DNA of 64,000 bases. Origin: Eutreptiella sp. 'Long Island Sound 2002' (lineage: Eukaryota > Protista > Euglenida). A model generated the notes under the pieces. It saw only the letters and a list, made by a program, of their open reading frames with translations. It did not search any database and was not told the DNA's origin. Each line of letters begins with the position of its first letter. Position 1 is the first letter of the stretch. A program made the translations under genes and the position numbers. The stretch is from assembly GCA_964036045.1 (NCBI GenBank), contig OZ038379.1, positions 24,304,001-24,368,000 of the forward strand. The letters run 5' to 3'. Positions 25,041 to 37,577 of this stretch are shown in pieces.

Positions 25041-25749
25041 TGGCGATATGGCATACAATGGAAGCAAAAATTACCAAAGGCAAATATTACCCAAAAAAAT
25101 TAACAAAAAATTAAGGTTGTTTTGGTAATTGTGGTTTCCCCCCGATTCCTGGGCCCCAAGATCTTTATCATTTGTTCCCCTGCACCCCCCCCCCCCCCCC
25201 GTTTACAGCCTTTTTTTTGGCATAGGCGATTTTGGCACCCAGATTGGAATGTTGACACCCACATGGGGCCCCATCCCCCCTTCAGCTGCATCGTGCAGCC
25301 TACAACCTGCAGCACTGAAAACCCTGAATCAGCCGACTTGTTGGCCTCACACAGCCTTCCCACTGTCTCGGATTTGCAAAATTCCCTTTTTTAGTGTGTT
25401 CGGCACGTCCAAAATGGGGGGCAGGGGGTGCCTTCATTGACAAACATAGCCCCATGTGTGCACACATATGCCCCATGTACACACACATGTACCTCCATAT
25501 GCACAAGTCCTTTTGTTAACCCCTTCACGCGGTGGGACCGTTGGGAACAGACCGTTAACAGCAAAGAAGACCGGAGCAGCGCCCGAGGCCACAGACCAGC
25601 GCACCGCTGGATCCACGGCACTCCCTTATACGGCCCCTCCCCCGGGCCACACAAAATGACGTCCACGGCCCCCACCATAGATGTGAAGGCCATCACGGCC
25701 TTGGTGATCGAGAGCCTGCGGAACGACGTCGCGGCAGCCGTTGCAGCAG

Positions 25750-26944
25750 CCCTATGGTAGCAGTAGGAGGACGGAACGACTGCCCAGAGGGGAAGAACCC
25801 AAAGCGCAAACGGGCCCAACCGAGCGGCCCCACGATAGGCATCGGGACACGGCAGCGACAAAGCCCCCGTGAATGGGAGCGGCGGTAAAGCGGCTCAGAA
25901 ACAGCGGGAAGGCCGACCGCGGAGCCCGGCAGCAGTCGGGCATGCGGAGAAGCGCGAGACGGCGACCGAGAGCGCCCTGCTCGCGACGATAGCGGAGCGG
26001 CAGGGCACCATACGAGACCTGCGGTTGGAGATAGCGGTCCTTCGGAAGCGCGAATCGGCGAAGGAGAAAGCGGCGCCGGCATCGTAGCGCCAGAGGGAGA
26101 CACGGCACGGCACCGGTGGCGACCGCGATGCCACACAGCCCACTCAGCTGGCACAGCCTATGACCGGGCCCAGTTATGCGTAGGTGGCACAAACGAGGGT
26201 GCGGACCAAGGTCCCGCGAGGAAGGAAGTACCGACGACAGGTATCCCACTCCAACTTGTGGCGGAAGAGCTCCAGAGGACGGCGGAGAAAGGGGAATAAG
26301 GCGCAGTCCTACCTGCCTGCCCGTACAGGGACAGGGACCTCGCAGACACCGGCATGGTGCAGCTAGCTCTGGTAGCGCCCCCGTCGCAGTGGCCCCCAAC
26401 ACTCAAAAAGGTGTTGCTGGTAGGCAAGAACACGGAGGACTTGTGGGCTGCAGCCTCGGAAGCGCCCACGACCCACAAAGGACTCCAGGAAATTGCGGCT
26501 ATCGTGAACGTGGGACAACCTGGTGCGGTGCCGGCCATCACAGGCCTGCTGAAACTGACAGGCTGGAGCCGAGACGACGTAGCCCTGACAGAGGCTGCCG
26601 GCGGAACTGCTGAGGGTGGCGGAACGCACGGGACGGTGGCCCGAACGAGTGGCGGAGGGCTTCACTTCATTGGTGCCCAAAGGGGAAGGGGAAGGCAACC
26701 CCATGAAGCTCAGACCGCTAACAGTGTTGTTGACGATATACAGGATCTGGCAGGGCTGCGGATGGAGGATGCCCTGCAATGGCAAGAGCAGTGGATCCAC
26801 CGGGAGTCATACGGCTTCAGGCCGCACAAGGGAGCCATGGATGCGGCCACGGTGACGCTGCTGGTGGAGCTGGCGCAAGTGCCGGACCCCCGCTGGTGGG
26901 GGCGGGAACAGATTATACCAAATGTTTCGACTTACTACCGCAGG
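25750..26944 (+). mobile_element. Internally deleted non-LTR retrotransposon (LINE copy A)
   Basis: Coiled-coil ORF1-like pieces, then RT N-terminal blocks GRWP...SLVPK...LRPLTVL...YRIW, YGFRP..GAMD and DYTKCFDLLPQ, then truncated. Confidence 0.8.
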
Positions 26945-29900
26945 GGGGCAGCTGGGCCTGCCCAGCCGCCCCCCCCCCCCCCCCACCGCCGAGCAAGCAA
27001 TGATCGCATTGGTACAACGCCAAATTGCGTCCCTCGAGGGCGTAATCAACAGCCTCCGCCGTGAGCTGGTGGCGTCAAGGGGCGAAGTAGCCCCAGCCCG
27101 GTCCCCGGCGACCACAGGGGCGCTGGCCGCGATGATGACGATTGCGACGACGACGAAAACAGCGGCGGCCGCCAAGAAAGCCGCCCCCACGACCCGGGCG
27201 GCGCCCGGCTGGCAGTTGGCGGGGGGGGGGGGACCCAGCAGGCGTCCCCGGAACGCCCAAGCACAACAAGCTGCGGCTTCGCCCCAGCGCTCCCCCCCCC
27301 CCCCCTCCCCAGTCTCCATGCGTGTGGACGGGGAAAGGTAGCGGCGAGCGGAGCTTGGAGCACCGCGATGGGTGCATTTGCCGGTCGGGTCATCTCCCCG
27401 CTCACCCCTTTTGCCTCTTGGCAGCCTGGTTGGGCGCACGAGGACATCAAAGTAGCCTGGGTCAACATCGTCCTCGAGGGGTTGGGGGGTGTCGAGGACG
27501 GCTCTGCCCCCCCCCCCCCCCCCCCACGGGCGAGCCTAGGCGGCGTGAGCTACACCTCGGCGACGCGGTTTGCGGCCCGGGGATCCCGACCGGGTGCGGT
27601 GCGGGTGGTGGTGACCGCTAGCCATGCTAAAGCAGCGCCTCGGCCTATATAGCCCACAGCGGCTGCCCTCTGGGCCCTCTTGCCTTCGATGACGGCGGTG
27701 CAGCCGCACCGCCTTTACCAGGGTGAGTCCCGGGACACGGTCCGGGCTTGGGGAATCACCCAAATCACGCCGGGGCGCCACCCGGCGGAGTGGAAACAAC
27801 CCTCCCAGGAGGGGGCCTTGCGGTGCGTGGCCCTGGGCCCGCCTTGCGGCCGCGGCCGCCATCGCGGCACATGACGGCGTCTAGCGAGTCACAGCGCCAA
27901 TGCACGTCCAAGGGGGCAGCAAAGCGGCCCCCACAGTGGCGACCTTGCTTCAGGCCCTGCCGCTCGAAGACCAGCCTCGCGGTGCCGGGCTCGTCCCTGC
28001 AAGGTGTGGTTTCGACCGAGCGCCAACCTGGGAGACAGCCAGCCCGGAGGTGGTGGACCCCGCTCCGCCGGGGCACGTACTGCAGCTCGTCTGGGAGCGT
28101 CTCCCGGAGGATGACAAGCGGGAGGCGGCCGAGCTCACAGATGTGGACCCCGTGCCGTTGTACCCCTGCCGTCCACGGTCCGGGTTGTCTGTGTCGTGGA
28201 CCCGGCAGTTCTGGCGGACGCCGACTTGCGCCGGCTCCATGTGGGTTCTTTCGGCAAGGACCACGCTTGGCGGCACATCAAGCCGCTAATGGGGGCGGAC
28301 TTGCCTCACCCCCCGCCCATGCAGTTGGCGGTCAGGGGGTCGATGGTCGAGGTCTCTGCCGACCTCCGGACAGAGGTGGCGCCGCTGGTTCTCCGCGCCA
28401 GTGGCAAAGCCCGGGGGGTCCACTTCCGGCTGTGGATAGTCACGGGCTCCGCCTGCCAACATCCCACGTATGTGTTGTGCTACAAGCAGCCACCGGAGCG
28501 CCGCATGCCCTCCCCGGAGGTCTGGATGACCTTCGCCGAGGATCAGGAGCACCGGACGCTATTCGCGGAATTCGTGGACGGGGGTGCCCCCGGCAACGCG
28601 GGGGTACACATTTGGGGGACCAAGCCGGCGAGCCCCGCGGTGGTGGCGCACATCGCCAGCCTACTGGGCGCGCTGGCCTGGTCACAGACGACCTCTGTGC
28701 GGGTTCGTGGCTACCCGCCACAACTGGGTCTGGCGGTGGATGAGTATGCGCAGCTCTGGCGCCACGCCGAAGAGGATTTTGGGTTGGAGGTGAACTTTCG
28801 CGTCCACCGCTGCACCCAGTTGGCCCACAACACCCACCACCGGCCGGTTTTTTGACCTGGAGCTGGAGGGGGTGCCTGAGGATTGGCAAGGAGTCCGGCT
28901 GGGGGCGCTCGACATCCGCCTGCCCGACCGCCTCCGGGAGCGGACAACCCGCAGCTCCCGCCGGGGGCACTACCAGCCCGTGGGCCCGAGGGCCCGAATT
29001 ACGCGCCCGGAGGGGTCGGGGGGCTACTGCGGTTGAGGCCCCGGACCACACGGGGGACCTGGCACCGCGGAGTCGGCGGCAGGCGACGTGGATGAGGACG
29101 ACGAGGACATTCTTCAATGTTCTTAGCCCTCTACATCCCGACCCTCTGCGTGTGTATGGCGGCTTGCCCGCGGTGGTTGACAGGGGCCCGAATGGAGACC
29201 CGCGGGGGAACGCCAGCGCGACTACGGCCCTTGGCCCCTTACCGGTCACGCCCGGGGTTGGTGGAGGTGTAATGGCGGCGGCTCCAGCACTGGCGCCCCC
29301 CCCTTGGGGCGGCGCTAGTGACCGGACTCCCTCCCCGGCAGTAGGGTGTCTATATGCCCATAGCCTAGGACGGCGCCCCGGGGCGAGGCGATGACCCTGA
29401 GTCCCCTCCGGGGGGGGGGGGGGGGGGGGCACCCGGGCGGTGGCAAGGGGCCCCACACCGGGGTGGGGCGGTGGTGGTATGGCAGGGGCACAACCGCCGC
29501 GGCACTGCGGCTGCCCCTCGCGCCGAGCGTGACCGGGAACGTGCCAAGGGGCTCCTCCGCTCCCCCCCCCCCCTTGGTTGGGATCGTGTCAGCACACCAG
29601 GTGGACAACGAGCGCTGCTTAACGTGCAAGCAACTGGAGTGGGATGTGCAACGCTTGTGGGCGGTAGCCTGCCCACGGAGACCAACGCAGGCGCCAGTGG
29701 CGCCTAGGCAAGAGGACGTGGAGAGGGCGGCACCATGAGCAGGCTCCCTGGCACCCCACCGGCTGCGCCTAGGGCTGGTTGTTAGTGGTAATGGCGGTGT
29801 TCCCAGCACTGGTGGACACCCCAATGGGACGGGCTCAGGAACCGGACCCTCTATGGGGCATGAGGGTGTCTATACGCCCACAGCCCACGAGGGCGCCCTG

Positions 29901-31458
29901 CGGCGAGGTGATGGCCTTGAGTCCCTCCTTGGGGGGGGGGGGGGGTCGCACCTGGGCGGTACCAAGGGCCCCACTTCAGGGTGTGGCCGGTGGCGGGATG
30001 GCACGGGACCCGGCCGCCGGAGCGCTGCGGCTATCCCTCACATTGGGCGTAGCTAGGGGCGTGTCAGGGAGCCCCCCCCCCCCCCCCCGGAAAGGGCAGT
30101 GGCCGCGGTCCGGGCCGACGGGGTGCACCGCCTAACCAGGGAATGGCTGGAAGGGAGCATGGGGCAGTTGGGTGCAACCCCCCACCACCATCCCCCCCCC
30201 CCCCCTGCCCCCTACACTGGCCACCCTGCGGCCCGCCACCGGTTTCTTTTGCCCATGGCACGGGGACCACGTGGTCGGGGCCGAGGGCGAGGGTGCAGGC
30301 ACCCCGGCCCGCCCTCCTCACTCCCCTGGAACTGGCGGCGGCACCACGGCTTCGCCCTGTTGCGGTGGTGGTACGGCCAGGCTGCCCGGGTGTTCCCCGC
30401 CCTCCACCAGCGACAAGGGTGGGCTAGCACCACCTGTGCCCTCGCCCCCCTTGAAGGGCTATGCCCTGGGGTCGTGCGCCTGTAGGACATCCTTGCCGGG
30501 GCGCGGACGGCCCCGTCTTCGCTGTCCGCCGTCCAGGGCCCCGCTGGCCCCGAGTTCGGGACCAAGGGGGCCATCGTTGGCCAGGCGCTGCAATGGAGGT
30601 ACCCTAGCGTCCTCTTTGCGCGCGCCCCCGCCCCGACGACTAGAGCGCCCGTCTTTTCTACACGTGGCGATGGTACTTGGCGCCACTGTGGCAGGACGTG
30701 ACAGGCGCGCCGATGTGGTGGCCAACCCGCAATGGCCGGGTGGAGCGTTGGTAGCCCCCCGACTGTTGGCACCTCCGCCCGCCCCGCCGCCTCACCCCCT
30801 TCCAAGGGGAGACGGCAGGCCCCATGCTGTGGCGGTGGATTGGTGGGGCCGGGTGTGGGACAATGACCCTGCCCGCCAGCCCCCCCCCCCCCCCGACCCT
30901 GACCCCTCGGCAACCTGGCAGGAGGTGGCCGCCGAGGTGCACGCCCTCCTCCCCCGGCTCACCGACGTCTGCTGGGCCGCCCTGCTGGAGCCGGGAGAGG
31001 TGTGGGCCACCTCCCAGTGGCCAAGCGTCCTCCGCCGCGTCCCCCCCGGCCCTCATTGGGACCTCTTGCACGAGGTTGCCCAAGAGGCCGATCGCCTCAC
31101 CGAGGGATGGGAGCACGGTCGCCCCCCGCGCACCCTACCCCCCCCCCCCCGCCTGTCGCCGGCAGACCGCCCCCTCCTCCCACGCCGCCCCCCGCCCCCC
31201 GCCTCCCGGCACGCCTACCTTGGGCCGGTGACCTCTGCCGCCTACCTGGCCTCGGTGCAGCGGGCTGGTCTAGCCCAGGAGCAACGGCTGACCTGCAGGC
31301 ATGCCATGCTGCCCTCCCTCTGACCCCTCCCCTCACGCCCTTTGGCCGCCGGCAGTTGAGTTTGTGGGTGGGCTGTGTACTCCCCCCCCCCCCCCGCTGG
31401 GGTGACCGTGGCTCTGCCCCCCCCCCCCTTGATAGGATGGCGATGGGACCCCCCCCCC

Positions 31459-31503
31459 CTCCTGCTGCTGCGTTGCGGTGGCGTACACCCCCACCCAGGG
31501 CCA
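31459..31503 (+). other. 2A/StopGo-like motif LLLLRCGGVHPHPGP directly upstream of APE
   Basis: Direct translation. Degenerate relative to the D(V/I)ExNPGP consensus; GGC is one base from GAC (Asp). Confidence 0.55.
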
Positions 31504-32280
31504 CTGCGCGTGGCGCAAGCCAATGTCACGTCCCTGCACATGCAGTGGCACACGGTCGCTGAGTGGCCAGCGGACGTGGTACTGCTCTCCAAGACCCGCC
31601 TCACGGTGGTCGCGTAGCAAGTGATGCGTGCCCAGGCCGCGGCCTTGGGGCGGCAAACTTTCTGGGGCGCCCCGGGGGCGGGGGGGGGGGGGGGGGGGGC
31701 ATCTGGGATGCGCCGGCCGGGGGGCTGGGGATCTTGGTGCGCCAGGGCATTCCCGCAAGACACGTCCTCCCCCCCAAAGGGGTGCCCCGGAGCGAGGCAG
31801 ACTCGCTCACCCCGGCCATGTGGCACTCTACCCGATGGTGCCAATTCCTGGTTGGCCTGGGGCGGGGATCGGAGTCTCTGCATGCCCAGGCGGCCTACAG
31901 CGTCTCCTCGCAGCCCGCCCTAAATCGGCCCTTCTAGGACCAAGCCACGTAGTACGTGGCGTGTCACGGGGCGGCCCCTGAGCTGTTCGGGGGGGGGGGG
32001 GGGACTTCGACGTTGACCGCCTGCTGCGCCCCCCCCCCCCCCATCCGTCCTGACGTCCCTCCCGGTCCAACGGCTGGTGGACGCGGATCTTGAGCTGGCG
32101 TCCGCCTTTGGGCGGGACCCCCTGTGCTCGTATCAGGGCCCGGAGGGTACGCGCCCCTCGCGCATCGATGGGATGCTGGTCGACACGCGGCTTGCGGCGC
32201 TGCTCCACGCAGCGGAACTGCTCCCGCGCGGGGCCATCCCGGGCCACACCCTGGTGCGATTCGACTTGCACCTGAAGGGT
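31504..32280 (+). pseudogene. Apurinic-like endonuclease (APE/EEP) domain of LINE B
   Basis: ANVTSL, VVLLS(K)TRL, GGLGILVR, GDFDV, SRIDGMLV and PGHTLVRF across frameshifts. Confidence 0.8.
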
Positions 32281-33230
32281 GCATCTCAGCGGGTGGTGAA
32301 GTTCATCCGCCCCAAGCCCGTTGAGGTGGCGCCGTGTGGGGAACGTGAGCAGCTCCTCCTCGTGCACCGCCTCCCCGACCCTCTGGAGGCCAGCTGGCGA
32401 GCGGCCCTATCCACGGGTGACGTGGACCAGGCCTGGGCCTTCGGGCCCACGGCCGGCAGAGGAAACCCTCCTCGCCCTCTCCTGCCCGGATATCGCCCCG
32501 GACTCCCTTCTGACCGGGGCCGCCTTGCCGCTGGCCCCACCGCACCTGCGCCGGGGCAGGGGGACCGACCAGCTGCTTCGTGAGGTGCGCATGTGCCCAA
32601 AGCAGCGCAGGGACAACGGGGGGCCGCTCACCTGCCCAGGTGGCTCCGGGAGGTCCACTGCTGCTTGGAGCGACTGGCGTACGGCGTGGGCGCCATACTG
32701 CGTAGGGTGCAACAGGCCTGGGCAGCGTTCCGGCGCTGCCTTGGCAAACTCCGCGCACTGGGCTCGGAGTATGCCGGCCTGGAACCGGGCGGCACACACC
32801 GGCTGGCCTCGCTGGAGTCGCTGCGCCGCTTCCGTACGGCGCTAGCTGGCAAGGTTCGGGCCACGCTGCGGGCAGAGGACGAGGGCCGGCTTCGCGAATG
32901 GCGCGCCTGGTTGGAGGAGGGCTGGACCTCCGACCATGGGGCAGTGTACCAGTGGCTCAAGGATGAGTCCTACGCCCCGCCGGTCACCTTCCTCTCCAGG
33001 CCGGATGGCACAGCCACGGCCGACTTGGCGGAAATGGATGGCCTCTTGCAGGATGCCTAGCGGCCAATAAACTGCAAGAATGCGGCAGACCCCGAGCCAG
33101 ATCCCACGGCCTTCCTCCGCCGGTATGGGCACCATGTTCGGCGAGTCCACATGATTGCCTCGCGGCTGGATGGCTCCCGCCTGCGCAAGGGGCTCTCCCG
33201 CATGAAGCCCTCGGCACTGGGACTGGACGG

Positions 33231-33626
33231 GTGGAGCCTGGCTCCCTCCCCGACATGCTGCTAGGTTGGCTGGCAGACCTCCTGCGTGAAGTGGAGCGCC
33301 TGGGCAGGTGGCCCGCCCGCCTGGCCAAGGGCTACACCGCCCTCATCCCCAAGGAGGGCCCGCCAGGACCCCTGAACACCCGCCCGCTCACGGTCCTGTC
33401 CATGGTCTACAGGCTGTGGGCGGGCGTGCGCCTGGCGGATGCCATCGCGTGGCAGGAGTCCTAGGCCCACCCAGCGGCCTTTGGCTTCTGCCCGGCCAGA
33501 AGCGCTCTGGACGGGGCGGCGGTGATGCAAGTCCTTTTGGAACTGTGTCGCCTCCGGGGGTGGGCAGTGGCGGGAATGACCATCAACTATGTCAAGTGTT
33601 TCCATCTCATGCCCCAGGCGGTCATA
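33231..33626 (+). pseudogene. RT N-terminal blocks of LINE B
   Basis: GRWP..LAKGYTALIPK..RPLTVLSMVYRLW, FGFCPARSA and NYVKCFHLMPQ. Confidence 0.88.
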
Positions 33627-35410
33627 TGGGTCAAATTGCCCAAAAATGCTCAAATACGTGTGTGGGGGGGCGGGGTCGATTGTTTCTTCATCCTTGGCGT
33701 TTTGGTCGGAAATCGCCCCCGAAAACGCTTCCGATATTTTTTCATCCCTAGGGATTTCGGCTCCCTCCCGGCTTCGGCCGGGGTTTCGGTCGGGGTTTCG
33801 GTCGGGGTTTCGGTCGGAAAAACGCTTCCGATATTTTCGCATCCCTAGGGATTCCAGGAGCGATTGCCTGGCATGTCGGCTGGAAAATTTACAGGTCGAT
33901 CGTCAGCAACGCTGGGAATCATGCCAAGATTTTCGGTCCCAAAATAAAAATTCTACGCTTTGCGTTTGAGCGACATGTGTTGTCAAAAAGTGAACCGAAA
34001 AAAGAATGAGCTTTGGCTCATTCCTTTGGCCGAACATGGAAATACAGCCTGGTATTTTGCAATTCTTCCGAAAGAATGAGCCATGGCTCATTATTTCGAC
34101 AAAACATCATTGGTCACGCCTACATAGCACATACACATGTACAAGTAATGTTGGGGAAACAGGGGCTTAACAAATACATGGGCAAAATCATGGAAACCGT
34201 TCAACAACATGCCATTTTGGAAGGGCAGAGCAAGGCAACGCATGGGAAGGTAGGGCATGGGATGGCAGGGCATGGCAGAGTAGGGCAATGAAGATGAGGC
34301 AGGCAGAGCAGGGAAGGCATGGTAGAGCAAGGTTGGCAGAGGGTGCAAGGCATGGTAGAGCAGAGCAGAGTAGGGCAAGGCATGGCTGAGCGGGGCAAGG
34401 CAGAGCGGGGCAGGAGGCCTATGCACATGGGGTTACATGATCCCAGGACGGTTCATCTCGTCCTAGCTTCCTGTAGGGTATGTGTCCGACACGACTATCC
34501 TCCTATATCGTCCTATAGAAGAAGGCCAACATGACTAGCACCAACATGACATCCTTGTACATGCATATGCGCTATGGCGGGGTTGAAAAGTAGTAGTTTT
34601 TCGAAAGAATTTGCCATGGCTCATTTTCTCAGAAGAACCAACAAATACCACGTGGTATTTCAAGGTTGCGTGAAAAGAATTAGCCATGGGTCATTCTTTT
34701 CGAAGAACTCCTGACTGCCATGCTGTAATTCTATGTTTGGACCAAAGAATGTGCCAGACAGACATCAAGATAAGGAGCCAAAGGATGACAGTGGTAAGGC
34801 GAAGCTGAGGGCTGGGGCGGCCCCCTTCTTGGGTTGCGTCAGGACTGTTGCTGGTAAAAAGTGAGTTGTACCGTGTGTGATTGTTGAATTTAAGCGTATT
34901 TATCTTCCGGTTCGGCTCGAAGAATGAGCCAAAACTCATTCTTTTTTCGGTTTACCGTTTTTAGCCTACCGTATACACGACGCGATACTGTATGGTTTAG
35001 TACTACTGTCATGTCGTATTGCTGCCATGTGTGCCCTGCATGCTGTGTTCTTCCACCCACATGTTTTGTAGATGTGCTGCTTGCTGAACAGCACACACAA
35101 TTATTGGCCAGGGTTTGTCATGTGTAGTAGTGGGGAAACAAGTTTGTGACAAATATGCCCCAAAACTCCTCGGAAAAGGTTTAAAAGCGTGCCATTCCGG
35201 CGTCTCATCTGCCTATTCTTGCACTGCCCCCCCTGCTCAACCCTCCCCGAAAAACACATTTCCCCTGTTTTTTCGGGGGTCCGGGACCCCCCCCCCCCCC
35301 CGAAGTACTGCAGCCAAGTCAAAATGCCCCCTTTTTTGTGGGTTTACAAAACCAGGTGTTTATGACACTTGCCAGAAAATGGGGCGGTCGGTCAGGGCCG
35401 CCCCATGCCC
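33627..35410. mobile_element. ~1.8-kb lower-GC non-coding insert interrupting LINE B RT
   Basis: Abrupt composition change between RT block 3 and block 4. Contains internal direct repeats, (GGGGTTTCGGTC)3 and five hairpin motifs. No clean TSD or TIR found. Confidence 0.55.
34223..34414. repeat. Degenerate pentamer simple repeat (GGCAN/AGGCA)
   Basis: Runs of GGCAG, GGCAT, GGCAA and GAGCA. Confidence 0.8.
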
Positions 35411-35935
35411 AGACCAATGGCATCCTCCAGTGCTGCCCCGTGTCGGTGATGATGGGAGGTGGACTCCCTACGCCGACAGGTGTGCGTGCGGACGGCCCAC
35501 TCAGGACAAGGACGCGGGGGCTGACGTGGAGGCGGGGGCCCAACTCCCCCTCATGGACGCGGGTCCCGGCTACGCCGCGCTAGGGTCGCCGGGATATGTA
35601 GACGACACTCAGGCAGTGGCCCTGGGCGCGGCCTCCCTGCAGGGGACGGTCCCCACGACGGAGGAGTGGCTGCAAGTCACGGGCCAAGACGTGCGCGCGG
35701 ACAAGTCGTGCTCCTGGGTCCAGGGGGAACAGGGTGCCCCAGCGGTCTTGCTCCGGGGTGTCCCGATCCCGCTGGCGGATACCTTCCGCCAACTTGGCGT
35801 CGACGTCGCCATTGGGGGCTCCAAGGTGACGAGGCCGGTGCTGTCCCGGCTCTTGGAGGCGGGCTGGAGCGCCCTCCGCCGCCTCCCCCATCTCTCCACC
35901 TATGACCGCCAGGAACGGGCCATCAGCACGCTACC
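35411..35935 (+). pseudogene. RT catalytic and C-terminal blocks of LINE B
   Basis: TNGILQ(C)CP, YVDD (35595-35606), KSCSW and RQLGVD; truncated after RAISTL. Confidence 0.88.
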
Positions 35936-36292
35936 CCCAATCCCAGTTGGGCAATTAGCGGGAACAACAGCGGAAATCCACAACAGAAGTGCGACAACGG
36001 GCAGAGAGAAGAACAAGCAAGACAACAATACCTGCTGTGTTCTCCCACAGGACTAGAGCTACACTGGCACAAGGGGAAATTGCGCAGCACCAAGTTCGCC
36101 CCTGCCACACTCTATTTTCCTTAGGTGGACCATTGCCATGGTTCCCCAGGGGTACCTCTGCAAGCAAGTACTCCCTGTTGCCCACAAACCACAGATGCCG
36201 TTGACGACGACAAGGCCGATGTTGCTCTCTGCCTCGTAGGGCAGTCATTGGGCCGGGCCTGGCAGTGCACCCTCCGACTGTGGCGGGGTTGG

Positions 36293-36344
36293 CACCCACC
36301 CACCCACCCACCCACCCACTCACTCACTCACTCACTCACTCACC
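36293..36344. repeat. Compound (CACC)n(CACT)n tetranucleotide repeat
   Basis: Direct reading. Confidence 0.95.
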
Positions 36345-36794
36345 CCCAACCCCACCTGCCATTCCCAGGTGCACGAGCATGGGTAAATGTTGCTATTGGG
36401 CTATTTTTGTGAAAGGTCCCTTCCTTAATATTGTCCGCTCACGTCTACAATATTCCGACAGTGTCTACAATTAGCCGACTGCTTCCAGTTGTAGCAGACA
36501 TTGTTGACAAATTACAGAAGGTGTGATCATCCCCCCCCCTCCCCCCTCACCCTCACCCCTGCACCTGGAAGGTGTGTGTTGGGGGCGGGGGGGGGGGGGG
36601 GTCATGGTGTATGTTTCAAAGGTTGGGTTGGTTTGGTGTGGTTGGTTGGTTGGTTCCCTTTTGTGGTGCCTTCTGAGAATCCTTTGTATTGCGTAGCTTC
36701 ATGCAATCTTCTGCTTCTGCCAGTGGATGCATGGTGATGGGACCTTCACTTTGTGCTGCGCCCCCACCCCCCAAACGGATGCTGAGCCCAACCC

Positions 36795-37577
36795 TTGTCC
36801 GTCTCGCAGGTGGCCAAGTTGCGACTGGGCTTCACTGACATCCGCGTTACCATCCAGAACAAAATGGCTGCATTTCAGGATATGCTGCGCCATGAGAGCT
36901 CTGTGCTGCAGTACACCGCTGATGTGTGCAATGCTCAATCAGAGGCGGCAAGACTGGATCTGCAGGAGACACTAGACCACGTGCAGGCCCGTGAAAAGGC
37001 AGCTGATGAGCGGGAGGAGGCCCTGCAGCATGTGGAGAAATATGGGGACTGCCAAGAGCCGCATTTGACAGTGAAAATGGTGTCGGATTTGGAGGATTGC
37101 ATGGTCAAGCTCATCACCACTGTCAACCGCCTTATAGTTGATTATGACTTACCAGTTATCCCGGCCCACAGAATGGATTTTCATGAGAAGTTGGACAATC
37201 AGTTCGCACACGTGCAAATCACGATGGCCGACCTGAGTGAGGTCCTGGACAGGATTTGTGAGAAGATGGAGCAGAAGTTTGGGGTGCTGCATGCTAAGGC
37301 GACGGCAGTGGGCGATGACGCTGCCCGCAAGGACCAGGAACTCAGGGATCTGGAGGGAAAGCAGGAAAAGCTGCAGGCGCAGGTGCTGCAGTTGGCTGAG
37401 CTGCTGATGCAGGCACAGGGGTTGAGGTCCCCGTCTTCGCATTCACAAGCTGCTGTTGAAGCCCTGGTATCTTCAATTCTCCCACATCTGGATTCCACGG
37501 GGGTGCTGCTCACAGCTTCAGCGAGGAAAACAGCCACAAAGCGTAACACAGGCATATCATGCGCGAGCACAGCGTGA
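36795..37577 (+). CDS. Coiled-coil protein of unknown function
   Basis: 260-aa open frame with heptad-like L/E/Q/K composition and GC3-rich codons. Confidence 0.55.
   Translation: MSVSQVAKLRLGFTDIRVTIQNKMAAFQDMLRHESSVLQYTADVCNAQSEAARLDLQETLDHVQAREKAADEREEALQHVEKYGDCQEPHLTVKMVSDLEDCMVKLITTVNRLIVDYDLPVIPAHRMDFHEKLDNQFAHVQITMADLSEVLDRICEKMEQKFGVLHAKATAVGDDAARKDQELRDLEGKQEKLQAQVLQLAELLMQAQGLRSPSSHSQAAVEALVSSILPHLDSTGVLLTASARKTATKRNTGISCASTA

Larger units (their letters stand above)
26945..33626 (+). mobile_element. APE-type non-LTR retrotransposon (LINE copy B), 5' portion, GC-rich and frameshifted
   Basis: Long ORF1-like region (coil 26990-27130, globular segment 28196-28855), 2A-like motif, APE and RT N-terminus. 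The RT resumes at 35411. Confidence 0.8.

Noticed and set aside
24825-25114. Poly-(SL) and poly-(ER) ORFs
   Set aside because: These are translations of the (GA)n microsatellite.
27046-31900. Numerous overlapping Pro/Gly/Arg-rich ORFs on both strands
   Set aside because: Expected shadow ORFs in very GC-rich sequence.
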